Shown: positions 33,003-43,166 of the stretch, in pieces
Position numbering within the stretch: position 1 is the stretch's first letter
Layout of the letters: each line of letters begins with the position of its first letter
Source of the DNA: Ilumatobacteraceae bacterium
Lineage (GTDB): Bacteria; Actinomycetota; Acidimicrobiia; Acidimicrobiales; Ilumatobacteraceae
Assembly (NCBI GenBank): GCA_025451395.1
Contig: JANWKM010000033.1
Location: forward strand, 1 to 43,254
Length of the DNA: 43,254 nucleotides
Direction of reading: 5' to 3'
The notes under the pieces: generated by a model
What the model was told of the DNA's origin: nothing
Databases searched by the model: none
What the model saw: only the letters and a program-made list of their open reading frames with translations
Translations under genes and position numbers: made by a program

Positions 33003-34009
33003 CGATCCTCCAACGCGCCCAGCGCGTAAGTCTCGTAGTCAATACCAAAGTCGCGATAGAGATGCCGACAGCGCTGGCTCCAGTTCAACGCAGCTGGGCT
33101 GGACACTCGGTGCACAACCTGCATGATGCCGCCTTCGAACACTCGATACTCGGCCCACGTGCCCGGAAAGTCCTTGACGCAGCCAATCTCGATGGTCGGC
33201 ACACCGCAGGCCATCCGACGAATTCGATGGCGGTGCGTGTGACCAGCGGTGTAGGCAAGGATCGCCGGCCGACGCGCGACCACCTCGTTGAGTGCATCGC
33301 TGCTGTCAGGGTCCAGTCCGAAGTACTCGCTCGAGCGCTTGCCGGATCGGCCCGCGATCCACTGCTGATGGTGACCCATCACCAACACCGGTCGATCGGC
33401 CGCGGCCGCGTGTGCATCGAGCCAATCGAGTTGGTCGGCGGTGATGCGCCCGGTTGTTCCGTACGGAATCGTGGTGTCGATGAGCGCCACGGCGACGCCG
33501 GGCAGCACGATCAATTGGTCGCCTGAGTAACTCGTTTGCCCGTGGTACGCATCGTGGTTGCCACGCACGACATAAAGCCGATCACCGAACGCGCCCCGAT
33601 AGCACGCCTCGAACGCTTCCCATTCCTCGGGCTGACCGTCTTGTGAAAGATCGCCTTTCACGATGACGGCCGCCGGGTCGATCGCTCCGATCTCGGCTGC
33701 TGCACCGCGGTTCATTGTCTCCGCATACGGCCGTTCGCCATCCGCAACTCGTTCGATCGGGCCAGCCTCCTGTCCATCGACCCGCCCGCAGTCGACTTCA
33801 CCGAAGTGAACGTCGTTGACAGTCGCTAACTGGCAGAGCATCTCGCCATCAGGCCGCGGTAACGTCGTCACTTCCACGCCGCGAATCGTGTGAGTCGACA
33901 CCGGGCGCAGATTGTCGAGGCGAACGACGTCGTCGCCGTCGTGGCAGACGATCAAATCGTCGGCGACCGTTGTGATGTCCACCGAACTGCGCGCCCGTGT
34001 CGTTAACAA
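32978..34009 (-). CDS. Calcineurin-like metallophosphoesterase with class III cyclic-nucleotide phosphodiesterase-type motifs.
   Basis: The motifs VNDVHFG, VKGDLS, RGNHDAY, MGHHQ and AGHTHRH appear in the canonical order. Confidence 0.8.
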   Translation of the reverse strand: MLTTRARSSVDITTVADDLIVCHDGDDVVRLDNLRPVSTHTIRGVEVTTLPRPDGEMLCQLATVNDVHFGEVDCGRVDGQEAGPIERVADGERPYAETMNRGAAAEIGAIDPAAVIVKGDLSQDGQPEEWEAFEACYRGAFGDRLYVVRGNHDAYHGQTSYSGDQLIVLPGVAVALIDTTIPYGTTGRITADQLDWLDAHAAAADRPVLVMGHHQQWIAGRSGKRSSEYFGLDPDSSDALNEVVARRPAILAYTAGHTHRHRIRRMACGVPTIEIGCVKDFPGTWAEYRVFEGGIMQVVHRVSSPAALNWSQRCRHLYRDFGIDYETYALGALEDRCCNIPLR

Positions 34010-34016
34010 GAGTGCG

Positions 34017-34502
34017 TCACACGCGAACAGACACCGTGCCGACGATCTTGTCGGCGAAGGTCTGGCGCTTCTGATCCCACAGCGGCCACAGAAAACCGAG
34101 GAAGCACGGGATCACGTCGAGGATATGGGCGAAGTAGCGTCCCAACGCTTTACCAGCCCCGATGGCGCTGCCGTCCGCTGCGTTGACAATGCGGACGCTG
34201 GCCGCGCGGTGCCCCCAGAACTGCCCGGTCTTGCCCACCGCCCGGCAATACAAGAAGAGAAACACCATCGTCCCGATCAGGTTGAGAGCAATGATGATCG
34301 CCCAGCCCTGTGCGGTCGGCCACTCAACGAGTTCGCGTTTGCCATCGATAACCCACACTCTGTATTCCCTCGGGCCGGTATAGAACGAGACCATCGCCGG
34401 CAAGCTGAAAAGCGCGCTACTGAGGCCGTTCAACAGCGAACCGCCGACGCGTGCGCCCCAACTGGCGTAGTTCATCTGCGGATGTGGAGGCATGGCACTC
34501 AT
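34017..34502 (-). CDS. RDD-family membrane protein.
   Basis: YASWGARVGGSLLNGL ... WDQKRQTFADKIVGTVSV is present, with three hydrophobic segments. Confidence 0.7.
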   Translation of the reverse strand: MSAMPPHPQMNYASWGARVGGSLLNGLSSALFSLPAMVSFYTGPREYRVWVIDGKRELVEWPTAQGWAIIIALNLIGTMVFLFLYCRAVGKTGQFWGHRAASVRIVNAADGSAIGAGKALGRYFAHILDVIPCFLGFLWPLWDQKRQTFADKIVGTVSVRV

Positions 34503-34549
34503 TCGGCGAGCGTAGCAAGGTGCTGTCGTTCCCGATCAGGTTGGGCGGA

Positions 34550-34744
34550 TCACGCGCGAAACGGACGCGCGCGGCGAGCTGGCAGCGGTGTTGCCCACCA
34601 GCGACCACTGAAGCGCCACGTCGGCGACCGCAACGGGTTCTGCGACTCAGGTGCAATCACCGGTCGCGGCCACAGCGCCTCGACCGCGGCAACGATCGCG
34701 ACGAGTTCGTCGTCGGTCGGCGTCGGGCTGATGTCGGTCTTCAC
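34550..34744 (-). CDS. Acyl-CoA carboxylase epsilon subunit (AccE-like).
   Basis: The product is 64 aa. [18 protein letters not shown] is typical of epsilon subunits. The GTG start overlaps the carboxyltransferase stop at GTGA. Confidence 0.6.
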   Translation of the reverse strand: MKTDISPTPTDDELVAIVAAVEALWPRPVIAPESQNPLRSPTWRFSGRWWATPLPARRARPFRA

Positions 34745-36309
34745 AGGGGAACATTGCCGTGTTTGCGGCGCGGAAGTTCTTCACGCTTCGTGCGCAACAT
34801 ACGCAGACCCGCAACAATTTTCTGCCGCGTCTCTGCGGGGTCGATGACGTCGTCGATGTAGCCGCGCTCGGCGGCGTTGTACGGGTTGGCGTAGCGCTCC
34901 GTGTATTCGGCTACTAGTTCGGCGCGGCGGCCGATCGGGTCGGCGGCCTGCTGTAGTTCGCGGCGGTAGACGATCTCGACTGCACCCTGTGGCCCCATCA
35001 CAGCCAGCTCGGCCGTCGGCCATGCGTACGCGAGGTCGGCGCCGATGCTCTTTGAGTTCATGACTACATATGCGCCGCCATACGCCTTGCGTGTGATGAT
35101 CTGGATGCGCGGCACGGTCGCCTCGCAATACGCATAGAGCAACTTGGCCCCATGGCGAATGATGCCGCCGTATTCCTGATCGACACCGGGCAGGAAGCCG
35201 GGCACGTCGACGAACGTGACCAGCGGAATGTTGAAGGCATCGCACGTCCGCACGAAACGCGCGGCCTTCTCGCTGCTCTCGATGTCGAGCACGCCGGCCA
35301 ACACCATCGGCTGATTACCGACAATGCCAACTGGATGACCATCGATTCGACTGAAGCCGCAGACAATGCTGCGCGCCCAATGCGGGAAGTACTCGAAGAA
35401 CTCGCCGTCGTCGACGACCTCTTTGATGACGTTCTTCATGTCGTAGGGCTGGTTCGGCGACGGCGGAAGAATGGTGCGCAGATTTTCGCACGAACGCTCC
35501 GGGTTGTCGCCGGTTTCGATCGCTGGTGCCTCTTCCAAGTTGTTGCTTGGCAGGAAGCTGAGCAGGAAGCGAACGTCGTCGAGGCATGACTTCTCGTCAC
35601 TGGCGACGAACGTGGCGACGCCACTCTTGCTGGCGTGGCTCATCGCGCCACCCAGTTCCTCCAATGTGACTTCCTCGCCGGTGACCGTCTTCACGACATC
35701 GGGACCGGTGATGAACATGTGGCTGGTCTCGCGCACCATGAAGATGAAGTCGGTCATCGCCGGGCTGTACACCGCTCCACCCGCGCAGGGACCGAGGATG
35801 ACCGAGATCTGCGGGATGACGCCGCTACTGAGCACATTGCGATGGAAGATTCCGCCGTAACCAGCAAGGCTGACGACGCCTTCTTGAATGCGCGCCCCAG
35901 CACCGTCGTTCAAGCCGATGACTGGTGCTCCGACCTTCAAGGCCAGATCCATCAGCTTGTGGATCTTCTCGGCGAACACCTCACCGAGGGCACCACCGAA
36001 GACAGTGAAGTCCTGGCTGAACACGAAGACCTTGCGACCATCGATGGGTCCCCATCCCGTGATCACGCCGTCGGTGTACGGCCGCTCCTCCAGACCAGAG
36101 CTGTGTGCGCGATGGCGGGCGAGCAGGTCGAGCTCTTGAAAGCTGCCGTCGTCGAGCAACGTTTCGATTCGCTCGCGAGCAAGCAGTTTCCCCTTCGCAT
36201 GCTGGCGCTCGACCGCTCGTGGCGATCCGGCATTGAATGCCTGGTCGCGTCGCTCGTGGAGGTCGTGCAGCTTGTCGGCCATTGGATTGGCCGCAGGTAT
36301 GGGGCTCAC
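34741..36309 (-). CDS. pccB: Acyl-/propionyl-CoA carboxylase carboxyltransferase (beta) subunit.
   Basis: The product is 522 aa and matches AccD5/PccB throughout. Examples are [48 protein letters not shown] and AYGGAYVVM. Confidence 0.92.
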   Translation of the reverse strand: MSPIPAANPMADKLHDLHERRDQAFNAGSPRAVERQHAKGKLLARERIETLLDDGSFQELDLLARHRAHSSGLEERPYTDGVITGWGPIDGRKVFVFSQDFTVFGGALGEVFAEKIHKLMDLALKVGAPVIGLNDGAGARIQEGVVSLAGYGGIFHRNVLSSGVIPQISVILGPCAGGAVYSPAMTDFIFMVRETSHMFITGPDVVKTVTGEEVTLEELGGAMSHASKSGVATFVASDEKSCLDDVRFLLSFLPSNNLEEAPAIETGDNPERSCENLRTILPPSPNQPYDMKNVIKEVVDDGEFFEYFPHWARSIVCGFSRIDGHPVGIVGNQPMVLAGVLDIESSEKAARFVRTCDAFNIPLVTFVDVPGFLPGVDQEYGGIIRHGAKLLYAYCEATVPRIQIITRKAYGGAYVVMNSKSIGADLAYAWPTAELAVMGPQGAVEIVYRRELQQAADPIGRRAELVAEYTERYANPYNAAERGYIDDVIDPAETRQKIVAGLRMLRTKREELPRRKHGNVPL

Positions 36310-36366
36310 GTCGATTCACCCTATCGGTCGCGATGTTTGTGAACGGCAGGGGGCAGGATAGAGGCG

Positions 36367-37464
36367 ATGGCCCTGCCGATTTCGCCGCCGCTGTCGCCCA
36401 TGCTGGCCAAGCTCGCCGACGAGATTCCGGCCGATGAAGGGTGGTTGTACGAACCGAAGTGGGACGGCTTTCGCTGCATCGTGTTTCGTGATGGCGACGA
36501 GATCGAATTGACCAGCCGCAACGAGCGGCCGTTCACGCGCTACTTCCCCGAATTGTTGGCGCCACTCCTGACGGCGTTGCCGACGCGTTGCGTCGTCGAC
36601 GGCGAGATCGTGATTCCAGCCGCCGATGATCAAGGTCTCGATTTCGATGCGCTGCTGCAACGTATTCACCCCGCGGAATCACGCGTGAAGCGATTGGCGG
36701 CGGAGACGCCTGCCTCATTCGTTGCGTTCGACATCCTCGCACTCGGCGACCGCGACCTGATGAACGAGCCGCTGTCCGTGCGGCATGCACTGCTCCTTGA
36801 AGCGGTGTCGACATCGACGTCTGTATACCTTTGCCCGTCGACCACCGACGCAACCGTGGCGCAGCGATGGTTCGTCGAGTTCGAGGGGGCTGGGCTCGAC
36901 GGCGTGATCGCGAAGCGACTCACGGATCCGTACACGCCCGACAAACGCACGCTCGTCAAGGTGAAGCATCGCCGTACCGCCGATTGTGTGATCGCTGGCT
37001 ATCGCGTTCACAAGGACGGCAACGGAGTCGGCTCGCTGCTGCTCGGGCTCTACGACGGCGATGGTGTGTTGCACCACGTCGGCGTCGCCGCGTCGTTCAC
37101 TGCCAAACGTCGCATTGAGCTGCTGGGCGAGTTGGCGCCACTCACTACGGACGCGATTGAAGGTCACCCGTGGCGCGAGTGGGCGGAGTTCAGCAATGTC
37201 GAGCAAGCTCTAGTAGGCGAACGACAGCGCATGCCTGGTGCCGGCAGCCGGTGGAACGCGGGGAAGGATCTCAGCTGGGTGCCCCTGCGCATCGAGCGCG
37301 TGGCCGAGGTGACCTTCGGGCAATTGCAAGAGGGCCGCTTTCGTCACGGCTCACAGTTCGTGCGTTGGCGCACGGATCGCGAACCGAGTTCATGCACGTA
37401 CGACCAACTCGAAGTTGCCGCGCCGGTGCCGTTTGCTCGCGTCGTCGGCAAAGAACTGCGCTAA
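36367..37464 (+). CDS. ATP-dependent DNA ligase (LigC-type, about 365 aa).
   Basis: The adenylation motif EPKWDGFR is present (KxDG). FDILALGDRDL, LDGVIAKR and VKVKH are also present. Confidence 0.85.
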   Translation: MALPISPPLSPMLAKLADEIPADEGWLYEPKWDGFRCIVFRDGDEIELTSRNERPFTRYFPELLAPLLTALPTRCVVDGEIVIPAADDQGLDFDALLQRIHPAESRVKRLAAETPASFVAFDILALGDRDLMNEPLSVRHALLLEAVSTSTSVYLCPSTTDATVAQRWFVEFEGAGLDGVIAKRLTDPYTPDKRTLVKVKHRRTADCVIAGYRVHKDGNGVGSLLLGLYDGDGVLHHVGVAASFTAKRRIELLGELAPLTTDAIEGHPWREWAEFSNVEQALVGERQRMPGAGSRWNAGKDLSWVPLRIERVAEVTFGQLQEGRFRHGSQFVRWRTDREPSSCTYDQLEVAAPVPFARVVGKELR

Positions 37465-39200
37465 CCGCTTTCGACCAACACATCCTGCGATTGCACAACG
37501 GTGCCACCGATCCTGACCACGATCGTCCACGTACCCGCCGCCAGCAACGAGAACCCGTCGTTCTTCTCCAATACTGCGACACCGGGTTTGGTCAGCCCGA
37601 TGTCGTGGATCGTCAGCCCATTTACCGACGACGTCCCTGGCGGAATGAAATCGATCGCCAGGCCGTCGATACCGGTTACCGGCACCGATATCACTTCGAT
37701 TCGCACGTCGTTGGGACCGATCGTCTCGCTGAACGACACCGATACGGCAAAGTTGATCGACGTGTTCTCGAACAGATAGTTCTGACCAAGGTCGAGGTTG
37801 CTCTCCGCGGTGCCGAGTCCGGGCGGAGTCAGTGCCAGCAACCACGCAGTGAGCATGATCACCACAACACCGATGCCGGCTTCGATGCCGAGTGCCCGTC
37901 GAAGACGCATCGCCAGCGGCGCGCTCATCGTTTCGACTCGTGTCATGCGGTGGCTGATGAATTGTCGCGTCGCCACGCCGACGAACACCATGCCCGATAC
38001 GAACAACACCTTCACGATCATCAAGAACCCGTGAGCGGTGCCCAACGCTCCCTTGTCGAGTCGCACGAATTGGATCGCGCCGCTGGCGACTGTCGCGATC
38101 AACGCTGGTGTCGCGATACGACTGAATCCACGCACGGCGTGCACGAGGTCTTCCTCGCCCGGCCCAGCTAACACGACACGAGTGAGAAGGACCAGTCCGC
38201 CTACCCACACCGACATACCGAGCGCATGCACGGTTCCGGCGGCGTAGTCGATGAATCCGAACTCGGGTCGACTGAACGCCATCGTGACGACTGCGATGCC
38301 GGGCGGAATCAGCGCTTGCAATTGCGACGCAGGATCAATCGCCCGTTCTGGTTGCGACACCACATACCCGGAGGCCAACACGAACACCAGCCGTAGGAGC
38401 GCGGCCTTCCCATGACCAGTATCGAGAAGGTCGACAAGACTCCCCGGCGACAGCGCACTCCCTAGACCGCCGCCGGTCACCTGTGCGCCGACAGCACCTG
38501 CGAAGAGATAGCTGGAGACTGCGGCCAAGATCCACGCGGTACGTAGGAAGCGAACGGTCAGTACGTACTCAACGCCCTCCGGCCACGCGACGACGATGAC
38601 AACAAGCGAACCGAACAGCACGGCGAGCGCGAAGTTGCTGACCAATCGGAACAGCCCAAGCGGCCCCTCGGTACTGGCGGTGGACTTGCCGCCGCCAACC
38701 CCACCTGGCGGCACGGTGTTGGGCGGTGTCGTGCTCGTCGTCGTCGCTCCCGGCACCAGGGTCGTGGTGGAAGCCGGCGCGGTGGTGTCGACGATCACCG
38801 GATCGTTGGCGACGTTGAATGGCACTGTGCCGCTTCCTGCGGGCTGCAAGTTCACGTCGGTGACAAGCCATGCAATCGTGCACGAACCCTTTGGAGCACC
38901 GGCCGCCATTGGGATCGAGAGGGTGACTCCATCGGCTTGTAGCGCGGGGTCACCGAGCGACATCGCGACCGAATTGCACGTCATCGTCACGTCGTTGTCC
39001 GGTCCCAACGGGTTCCTGAACGTCAGCAGAATGGGCCCTGAAAAACTGTCGACGGTCGATCCGTCAGCCGGTGTCGAGCTGACCAACGTGTTGTCGACCG
39101 CGTCGGCCGACGGTGCCCACAATGACAGCACCAAGCCAAAGGTGAGGAAGAACAAGAGCCCGCGGAGTGCTGGGCGTGCAGGCAACCGTGGCGCGTTCAT
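37461..39200 (-). CDS. Copper resistance CopC-CopD fusion protein (YcnJ-like).
   Basis: After a signal peptide comes a CopC-like domain (LVSSTPADGSTVDSFSGPILLTF). A Thr-rich linker follows, then about 8 TM segments (CopD-like) and a C-terminal beta-rich domain. Confidence 0.75.
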   Translation of the reverse strand: MNAPRLPARPALRGLLFFLTFGLVLSLWAPSADAVDNTLVSSTPADGSTVDSFSGPILLTFRNPLGPDNDVTMTCNSVAMSLGDPALQADGVTLSIPMAAGAPKGSCTIAWLVTDVNLQPAGSGTVPFNVANDPVIVDTTAPASTTTLVPGATTTSTTPPNTVPPGGVGGGKSTASTEGPLGLFRLVSNFALAVLFGSLVVIVVAWPEGVEYVLTVRFLRTAWILAAVSSYLFAGAVGAQVTGGGLGSALSPGSLVDLLDTGHGKAALLRLVFVLASGYVVSQPERAIDPASQLQALIPPGIAVVTMAFSRPEFGFIDYAAGTVHALGMSVWVGGLVLLTRVVLAGPGEEDLVHAVRGFSRIATPALIATVASGAIQFVRLDKGALGTAHGFLMIVKVLFVSGMVFVGVATRQFISHRMTRVETMSAPLAMRLRRALGIEAGIGVVVIMLTAWLLALTPPGLGTAESNLDLGQNYLFENTSINFAVSVSFSETIGPNDVRIEVISVPVTGIDGLAIDFIPPGTSSVNGLTIHDIGLTKPGVAVLEKNDGFSLLAAGTWTIVVRIGGTVVQSQDVLVESG

Positions 39201-39320
39201 GGAATCGCAACAACGCTAGCCACATGGGGTTCGCCGTTGGGGTTGCCTACCAGGTCCTACGTACCCAGCCGTTCGCTATACGGTGCCCGGTGTTGCATCC
39301 CATAGGTAGAGTCGGCGGCG

Positions 39321-41006
39321 ATGGCCACTCAGTCGCTGTACCGCCGCTACCGTCCGCGCCGTTTCGGCGAAGTGAAGGGTCAAGAGCACGTCGTCCGCGC
39401 GCTACGCAACGCCGTCATCCATAACCGCGAGGGCCAGGCATACCTCTTCTCCGGACCGCGAGGCACCGGCAAGACAACATCGGCTCGCATTCTCGCGAAG
39501 GTGCTCAACTGCGCGAACCCGCGCGACGGCGAACCGTGCTGCGAATGCGAGTCGTGTCTCGCGGTCGAACTCGGTACCAGCTACGACGTTCACGAACTCG
39601 ACGCGGCCAGCAACAACGGTGTCGACGCAATGCGCGACCTCATCGAGAAGGCATCGCTTGGTACGCCGGGTCGGCACAAGGTGTACATCCTCGACGAGGT
39701 GCACATGCTGTCCAAGGCAGCCGAGGCGACGCTGCTGAAGACCTTGGAGGAACCACCCCCGCATGTCGTTTTTGTTCTCGCCACCACCGACCCGCAGAAG
39801 GTCGCCGAGACAATCCGCAGTCGGACGCAGCATCTGCAATTTCACTTGCTGCCGATGGATGTCATGGAAGCGCACATCCGGTGGCTGGCGAAAGACGCCG
39901 GCATCGAACTGAGTGACGAAGCGCTGCAGTCGGTGCTGCGCCAAGGCGGCGGTTCCGCGCGCGACACCGTCTCTGCGCTCGAGCTCGTCGCGGCTGGTGG
40001 CGGCGAAGCGCTCGACATCACGCCGCTCGACGAGTTCATCGAGGCGTTCATCGAATCCGATCCTGGGCGGGCGCTTACTGTCGTCGCGCAGGCGATGCAG
40101 CAGGGACGAGACGCGCGCTCTCTCACCGACGACATCGTGCGCCACCTACGCGACTGTTTCTTGTCGCTGATGGCACCCGAGCTCGTGCAATTGCCAGTGC
40201 AGCGCGCCGCCGAAGTGTCCGCGCTGGCGAGTCGGCTAGGGGCGGCCGCCACAGTGCGAGCGATGGAACGACTTGGCGAGATGCTGGTCGAAATGCGCCA
40301 CGCGCCCGATCCGCGGCTGCTGCTCGAGGTTGCGTTGGTGCAGCTCACTCATCCGCTCGCCAGCAACGACACCTCGGTTCTGCTCGATCGTGTCGGTCGG
40401 CTCGAGCAGCAGATGGCCGCAGGCACGTCACCGGCGGCCGCTCGCCCAGCACCGGTCGATCCCACGACTGGTCGCGCGGCGCTCGGCGGTCGCGCGCGCA
40501 CGACCACACAGACAGCGGCTGCCGCACCCGCAGTTGCCCCTGAACCGGAGCCCGAACCCGAAGCAAAGCCAGAACAGAACGAGGTGACGTCATCGGCAGT
40601 TGATCGAGCCGTCGAGTTATGGGGCAGCGAGGTGATGTCTTCGCTGAAGTCGTTGCCACGTGCGATCTACGCGGCCACGAAAGTCGTCGGAGCACGCGAG
40701 GGCATGGTTGCCGTGGCCGCGCCGAATGAAGCGCACCGTCTGAAGTGCGAGCAGCATCGCTCCACCGTCGAGGCTGTGCTCTTGAAGGTCACCGGCGCAC
40801 CGGTGAAATTGCTGCTGTCCGTCGACAGCAAGGACAGCGGAAGCAACGAGTCCGACAATGTCGTTCAGATGAAGCGGCCAATCGCACCGCCTGCGGATGA
40901 AGAGGTGGACATCGAAGGCCTTGTCGATGCCCCACCCGAAACGGTTCTCTCGCCCGAGGATCGCCTGCAGCAAGCCTTCCCCGGCTCGCAGATCATCCGC
41001 GAGTGA
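39321..41006 (+). CDS. dnaX: DNA polymerase III subunit gamma/tau.
   Basis: [29 protein letters not shown], the zinc module CCECESC and ILDEVHMLS are present. Confidence 0.95.
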   Translation: MATQSLYRRYRPRRFGEVKGQEHVVRALRNAVIHNREGQAYLFSGPRGTGKTTSARILAKVLNCANPRDGEPCCECESCLAVELGTSYDVHELDAASNNGVDAMRDLIEKASLGTPGRHKVYILDEVHMLSKAAEATLLKTLEEPPPHVVFVLATTDPQKVAETIRSRTQHLQFHLLPMDVMEAHIRWLAKDAGIELSDEALQSVLRQGGGSARDTVSALELVAAGGGEALDITPLDEFIEAFIESDPGRALTVVAQAMQQGRDARSLTDDIVRHLRDCFLSLMAPELVQLPVQRAAEVSALASRLGAAATVRAMERLGEMLVEMRHAPDPRLLLEVALVQLTHPLASNDTSVLLDRVGRLEQQMAAGTSPAAARPAPVDPTTGRAALGGRARTTTQTAAAAPAVAPEPEPEPEAKPEQNEVTSSAVDRAVELWGSEVMSSLKSLPRAIYAATKVVGAREGMVAVAAPNEAHRLKCEQHRSTVEAVLLKVTGAPVKLLLSVDSKDSGSNESDNVVQMKRPIAPPADEEVDIEGLVDAPPETVLSPEDRLQQAFPGSQIIRE

Positions 41007-41614
41007 CGATGTCGGTCTACACAGCACCGGTTCAATCGCTGATCGACGAACTCGGCCGGCTGCCGGGCGTCGGTCCGAAGTCGGCGCAACGCATTGCTTT
41101 TCGTCTGTTGAAAATTCCGATCGACGATGTTGCTCGGCTCGCAACTGCAATCACCGATGCCAAGGCGCGTGTGCGGTTCTGTTCGCAGTGCTTCAATTTC
41201 GCCGACAGCGACCTATGTCCGATCTGCCTCGACGACCGGCGCGACGCGACTGTTCTTTGTGTCGTCGAAGAATCGCGCGACATCGTCTCGATCGAGAAGA
41301 CCGGCGAGTTCAAAGGTCGCTATCACGTCCTCCTCGGCGCGATGAGCCCGCTCGACGGCATCGGCCCCGAGCAGCTCAAGATGAAGGAGCTGTTCGCCCG
41401 CATCGAGCCGGAATCGATCGAGGAGGTCATCTTGTGCACCAACCCGAACACTGAGGGAGAGGTCACGGCGATGTACATCGCTCGGATGATGAAGCCATTC
41501 GGCGTCAAAGTCACCCGCATCGCCAGCGGCCTTCCTGTCGGTGGCGACCTCGAGTACGCCGACGAATTGACGCTCGGCCGGGCCCTGGAAGGTCGCCGGG
41601 AACTATCCGCTTAA
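41003..41614 (+). CDS. recR: Recombination protein RecR.
   Basis: [14 protein letters not shown] is the helix-hairpin-helix. The zinc finger is [17 protein letters not shown] Toprim domain is present. GTG 41003 overlaps the dnaX stop. ATG 41009 is an alternative start. Confidence 0.95.
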   Translation: MTMSVYTAPVQSLIDELGRLPGVGPKSAQRIAFRLLKIPIDDVARLATAITDAKARVRFCSQCFNFADSDLCPICLDDRRDATVLCVVEESRDIVSIEKTGEFKGRYHVLLGAMSPLDGIGPEQLKMKELFARIEPESIEEVILCTNPNTEGEVTAMYIARMMKPFGVKVTRIASGLPVGGDLEYADELTLGRALEGRRELSA

Positions 41615-41647
41615 CGGCTCTTAGTTAACGACCTCTTAGTTAACGAC
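41611..41647. repeat. Phased direct repeats: a perfect 15-bp tandem duplication plus a third partial copy.
   Basis: CTCTTAGTTAACGAC occurs at 41618-41632 and again at 41633-41647. TTAACG cores lie at 41611, 41626 and 41641, giving a 15-bp phase. The first core overlaps the recR stop codon. Confidence 0.85.
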
Positions 41648-41665
41648 AGGGGCCCGAAAATCAAG

Positions 41666-41728
41666 CTGGGGTACCACGCCTGGACCTGGTAGCGGGCGGA
41701 CGGGCCAGCTCCAGAGGTGGTACCCCAG
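41666..41728 (-). terminator. Long hairpin. It is a probable intrinsic, possibly bidirectional, terminator between recR and the convergent membrane-protein gene.
   Basis: A 12-bp perfect stem pairs CTGGGGTACCAC with GTGGTACCCCAG. Inner stems of 5 bp (CTGGA/TCCAG) and 4 bp extend it. On the - strand it is followed by CTTGATTTTCGGG. On the + strand it is followed by AACTTGTTCTCGTT. Confidence 0.5.
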
Positions 41729-41843
41729 AACTTGTTCTCGTTGGGCGTTTCTGCGGGGGGCATCAGCGTTCAACGAGTATGTTGCGATTACATTACAACC
41801 GACGCCAAATTGTGTCAAGACTCGTAACAAACCGAACTCAGGC

Positions 41844-43115
41844 TCAGACGGGCACCAAGTCGGCCTCGCGGTCGTCGTCCACGGTTGCGTCTGGCGTCAG
41901 CACGATGTCCGGCTCGTTCCGCCCTGTCGCCTCGGTAATCGCAATGATCGCCAGTACCCCAGCCATGATGCGAAACACGATGGTGTGTCGATCCTGGCTG
42001 GTCGGATCGACGAGCACGGCGACAAGTGCCAACAGCGAACCCGTCACCGCTGTCATCGCGATAACTCGGCCTCGACGGCGCATGACGCACACCGCCAACG
42101 CGGCCAGCGGCAACAATGCCAGCGCACCCATCGGCCAGCGCTCGAGGTCGTATACCCATTGCTGCTCGAAGGGATAGGCGCTCCAGACCGCTTGCGGATA
42201 CAAGTCGGGGGCGAAGCCGCGCTCGAGCGAGGAGCCGACATGGCTCGGGTTCTTGAGGTGGGCGACAAGCACGTCGAGTTGCGAGATGTCGTCCACGTGC
42301 GCCCACACTTTGGGGCAGTTCTCGAACCCCACATCGTCAAGGGCGGTATTGAACGTCTCGGCAATCAGTTGCGTGTCGGTCATCCCGCACTCGGCCAAGC
42401 GATCGTTCACCTGCGCCAGTTCCGGTGATAGATCGTCCCAGAACAGCGCCGCGGTGATGATTCGGAACCGCTCCATCGTCAGTTCGGTCGTCCGCGGACC
42501 GTGCCAGAGCACCAAGCCCTGGCGGTTCGAACAGGGCATCACCACGGTGGCGAAGATCAGGGCGGACGACACCATTGCCACCGTCGCCACGCGAAGCGAG
42601 CGGCGCGCGACGAGTACGAGCGCGATGAGCACGACCACGCCGATGCCTTGCTCTTTGGTGGTGGTGATGAGCACGCAAATGGCCACCAGTGCCCAAGGGT
42701 GCCAGCGGGCGTGAGTGTGATGAATCGCCAACGCAAGACCGAGCAGCGACAGTCCCATGAGCAGGCTGTCGGGAACCAGCCAATGTTCGTAGACGGTCAC
42801 GGCGGGCAGGAACGACACCACGGCGAGGCCTGCCAGCACCGAGTACGACTTACGTCGGGCCGGGTTCCACACGGCCATCGCGATGGCGAGGAATCCAGCC
42901 GTCGACACGATGGCCGACAGCGCGATGTACGGGGTGTCACCCAGCCAGGACAGCAGTGCAGCACTTACCGGTGGCCGCGTTGCCTGGCCGCTGCGATAGC
43001 TCTGCGTGTCGGGGGTCTCGAACGCCCGCGAGGACAGCACGAACGTGACCCGCAGCAAGAAGTAACCGACGGCGCAAATCACCGCCAACCGTCTGCTTCG
43101 GCGTTGGATTGGCAC
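41844..43115 (-). CDS. Polytopic integral membrane protein of unknown function, possibly a GT-C-type glycosyltransferase.
   Basis: The product is 423 aa with roughly 9-10 hydrophobic segments, an acidic first loop (FETPDTQSY) and a central soluble loop of about 110 aa. The glycosyltransferase idea is weak. Confidence 0.5.
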   Translation of the reverse strand: MPIQRRSRRLAVICAVGYFLLRVTFVLSSRAFETPDTQSYRSGQATRPPVSAALLSWLGDTPYIALSAIVSTAGFLAIAMAVWNPARRKSYSVLAGLAVVSFLPAVTVYEHWLVPDSLLMGLSLLGLALAIHHTHARWHPWALVAICVLITTTKEQGIGVVVLIALVLVARRSLRVATVAMVSSALIFATVVMPCSNRQGLVLWHGPRTTELTMERFRIITAALFWDDLSPELAQVNDRLAECGMTDTQLIAETFNTALDDVGFENCPKVWAHVDDISQLDVLVAHLKNPSHVGSSLERGFAPDLYPQAVWSAYPFEQQWVYDLERWPMGALALLPLAALAVCVMRRRGRVIAMTAVTGSLLALVAVLVDPTSQDRHTIVFRIMAGVLAIIAITEATGRNEPDIVLTPDATVDDDREADLVPV

Positions 43116-43166
43116 TAAGAATTATCGGCGAAATTCCCGGCGTTCTGCACCCAAATCAGACGGTGA

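Noticed and set aside
39201-39320. Possible SRP (4.5S/ffs) RNA upstream of dnaX, where it often sits. The region contains ACCAGGUCC.
   Set aside because: The hallmark helix-8 elements are absent: the GNRA tetraloop followed by GGAAG[GC]AGCA. I could not draw a convincing extended hairpin. The match is most likely chance within the copC/D-dnaX divergent promoter region. An Infernal/Rfam scan would settle it.
39321-41006. A programmed -1 frameshift site in dnaX, as in E. coli (A AAA AAG).
   Set aside because: On reading through the gene I saw no A-run of six or more and no comparable slippery heptamer.
41611-41647. The tandem 15-bp repeats considered as a CRISPR array.
   Set aside because: The copies are directly adjacent with no spacers. 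There are only about 2.5 copies, and no cas genes lie in the window.
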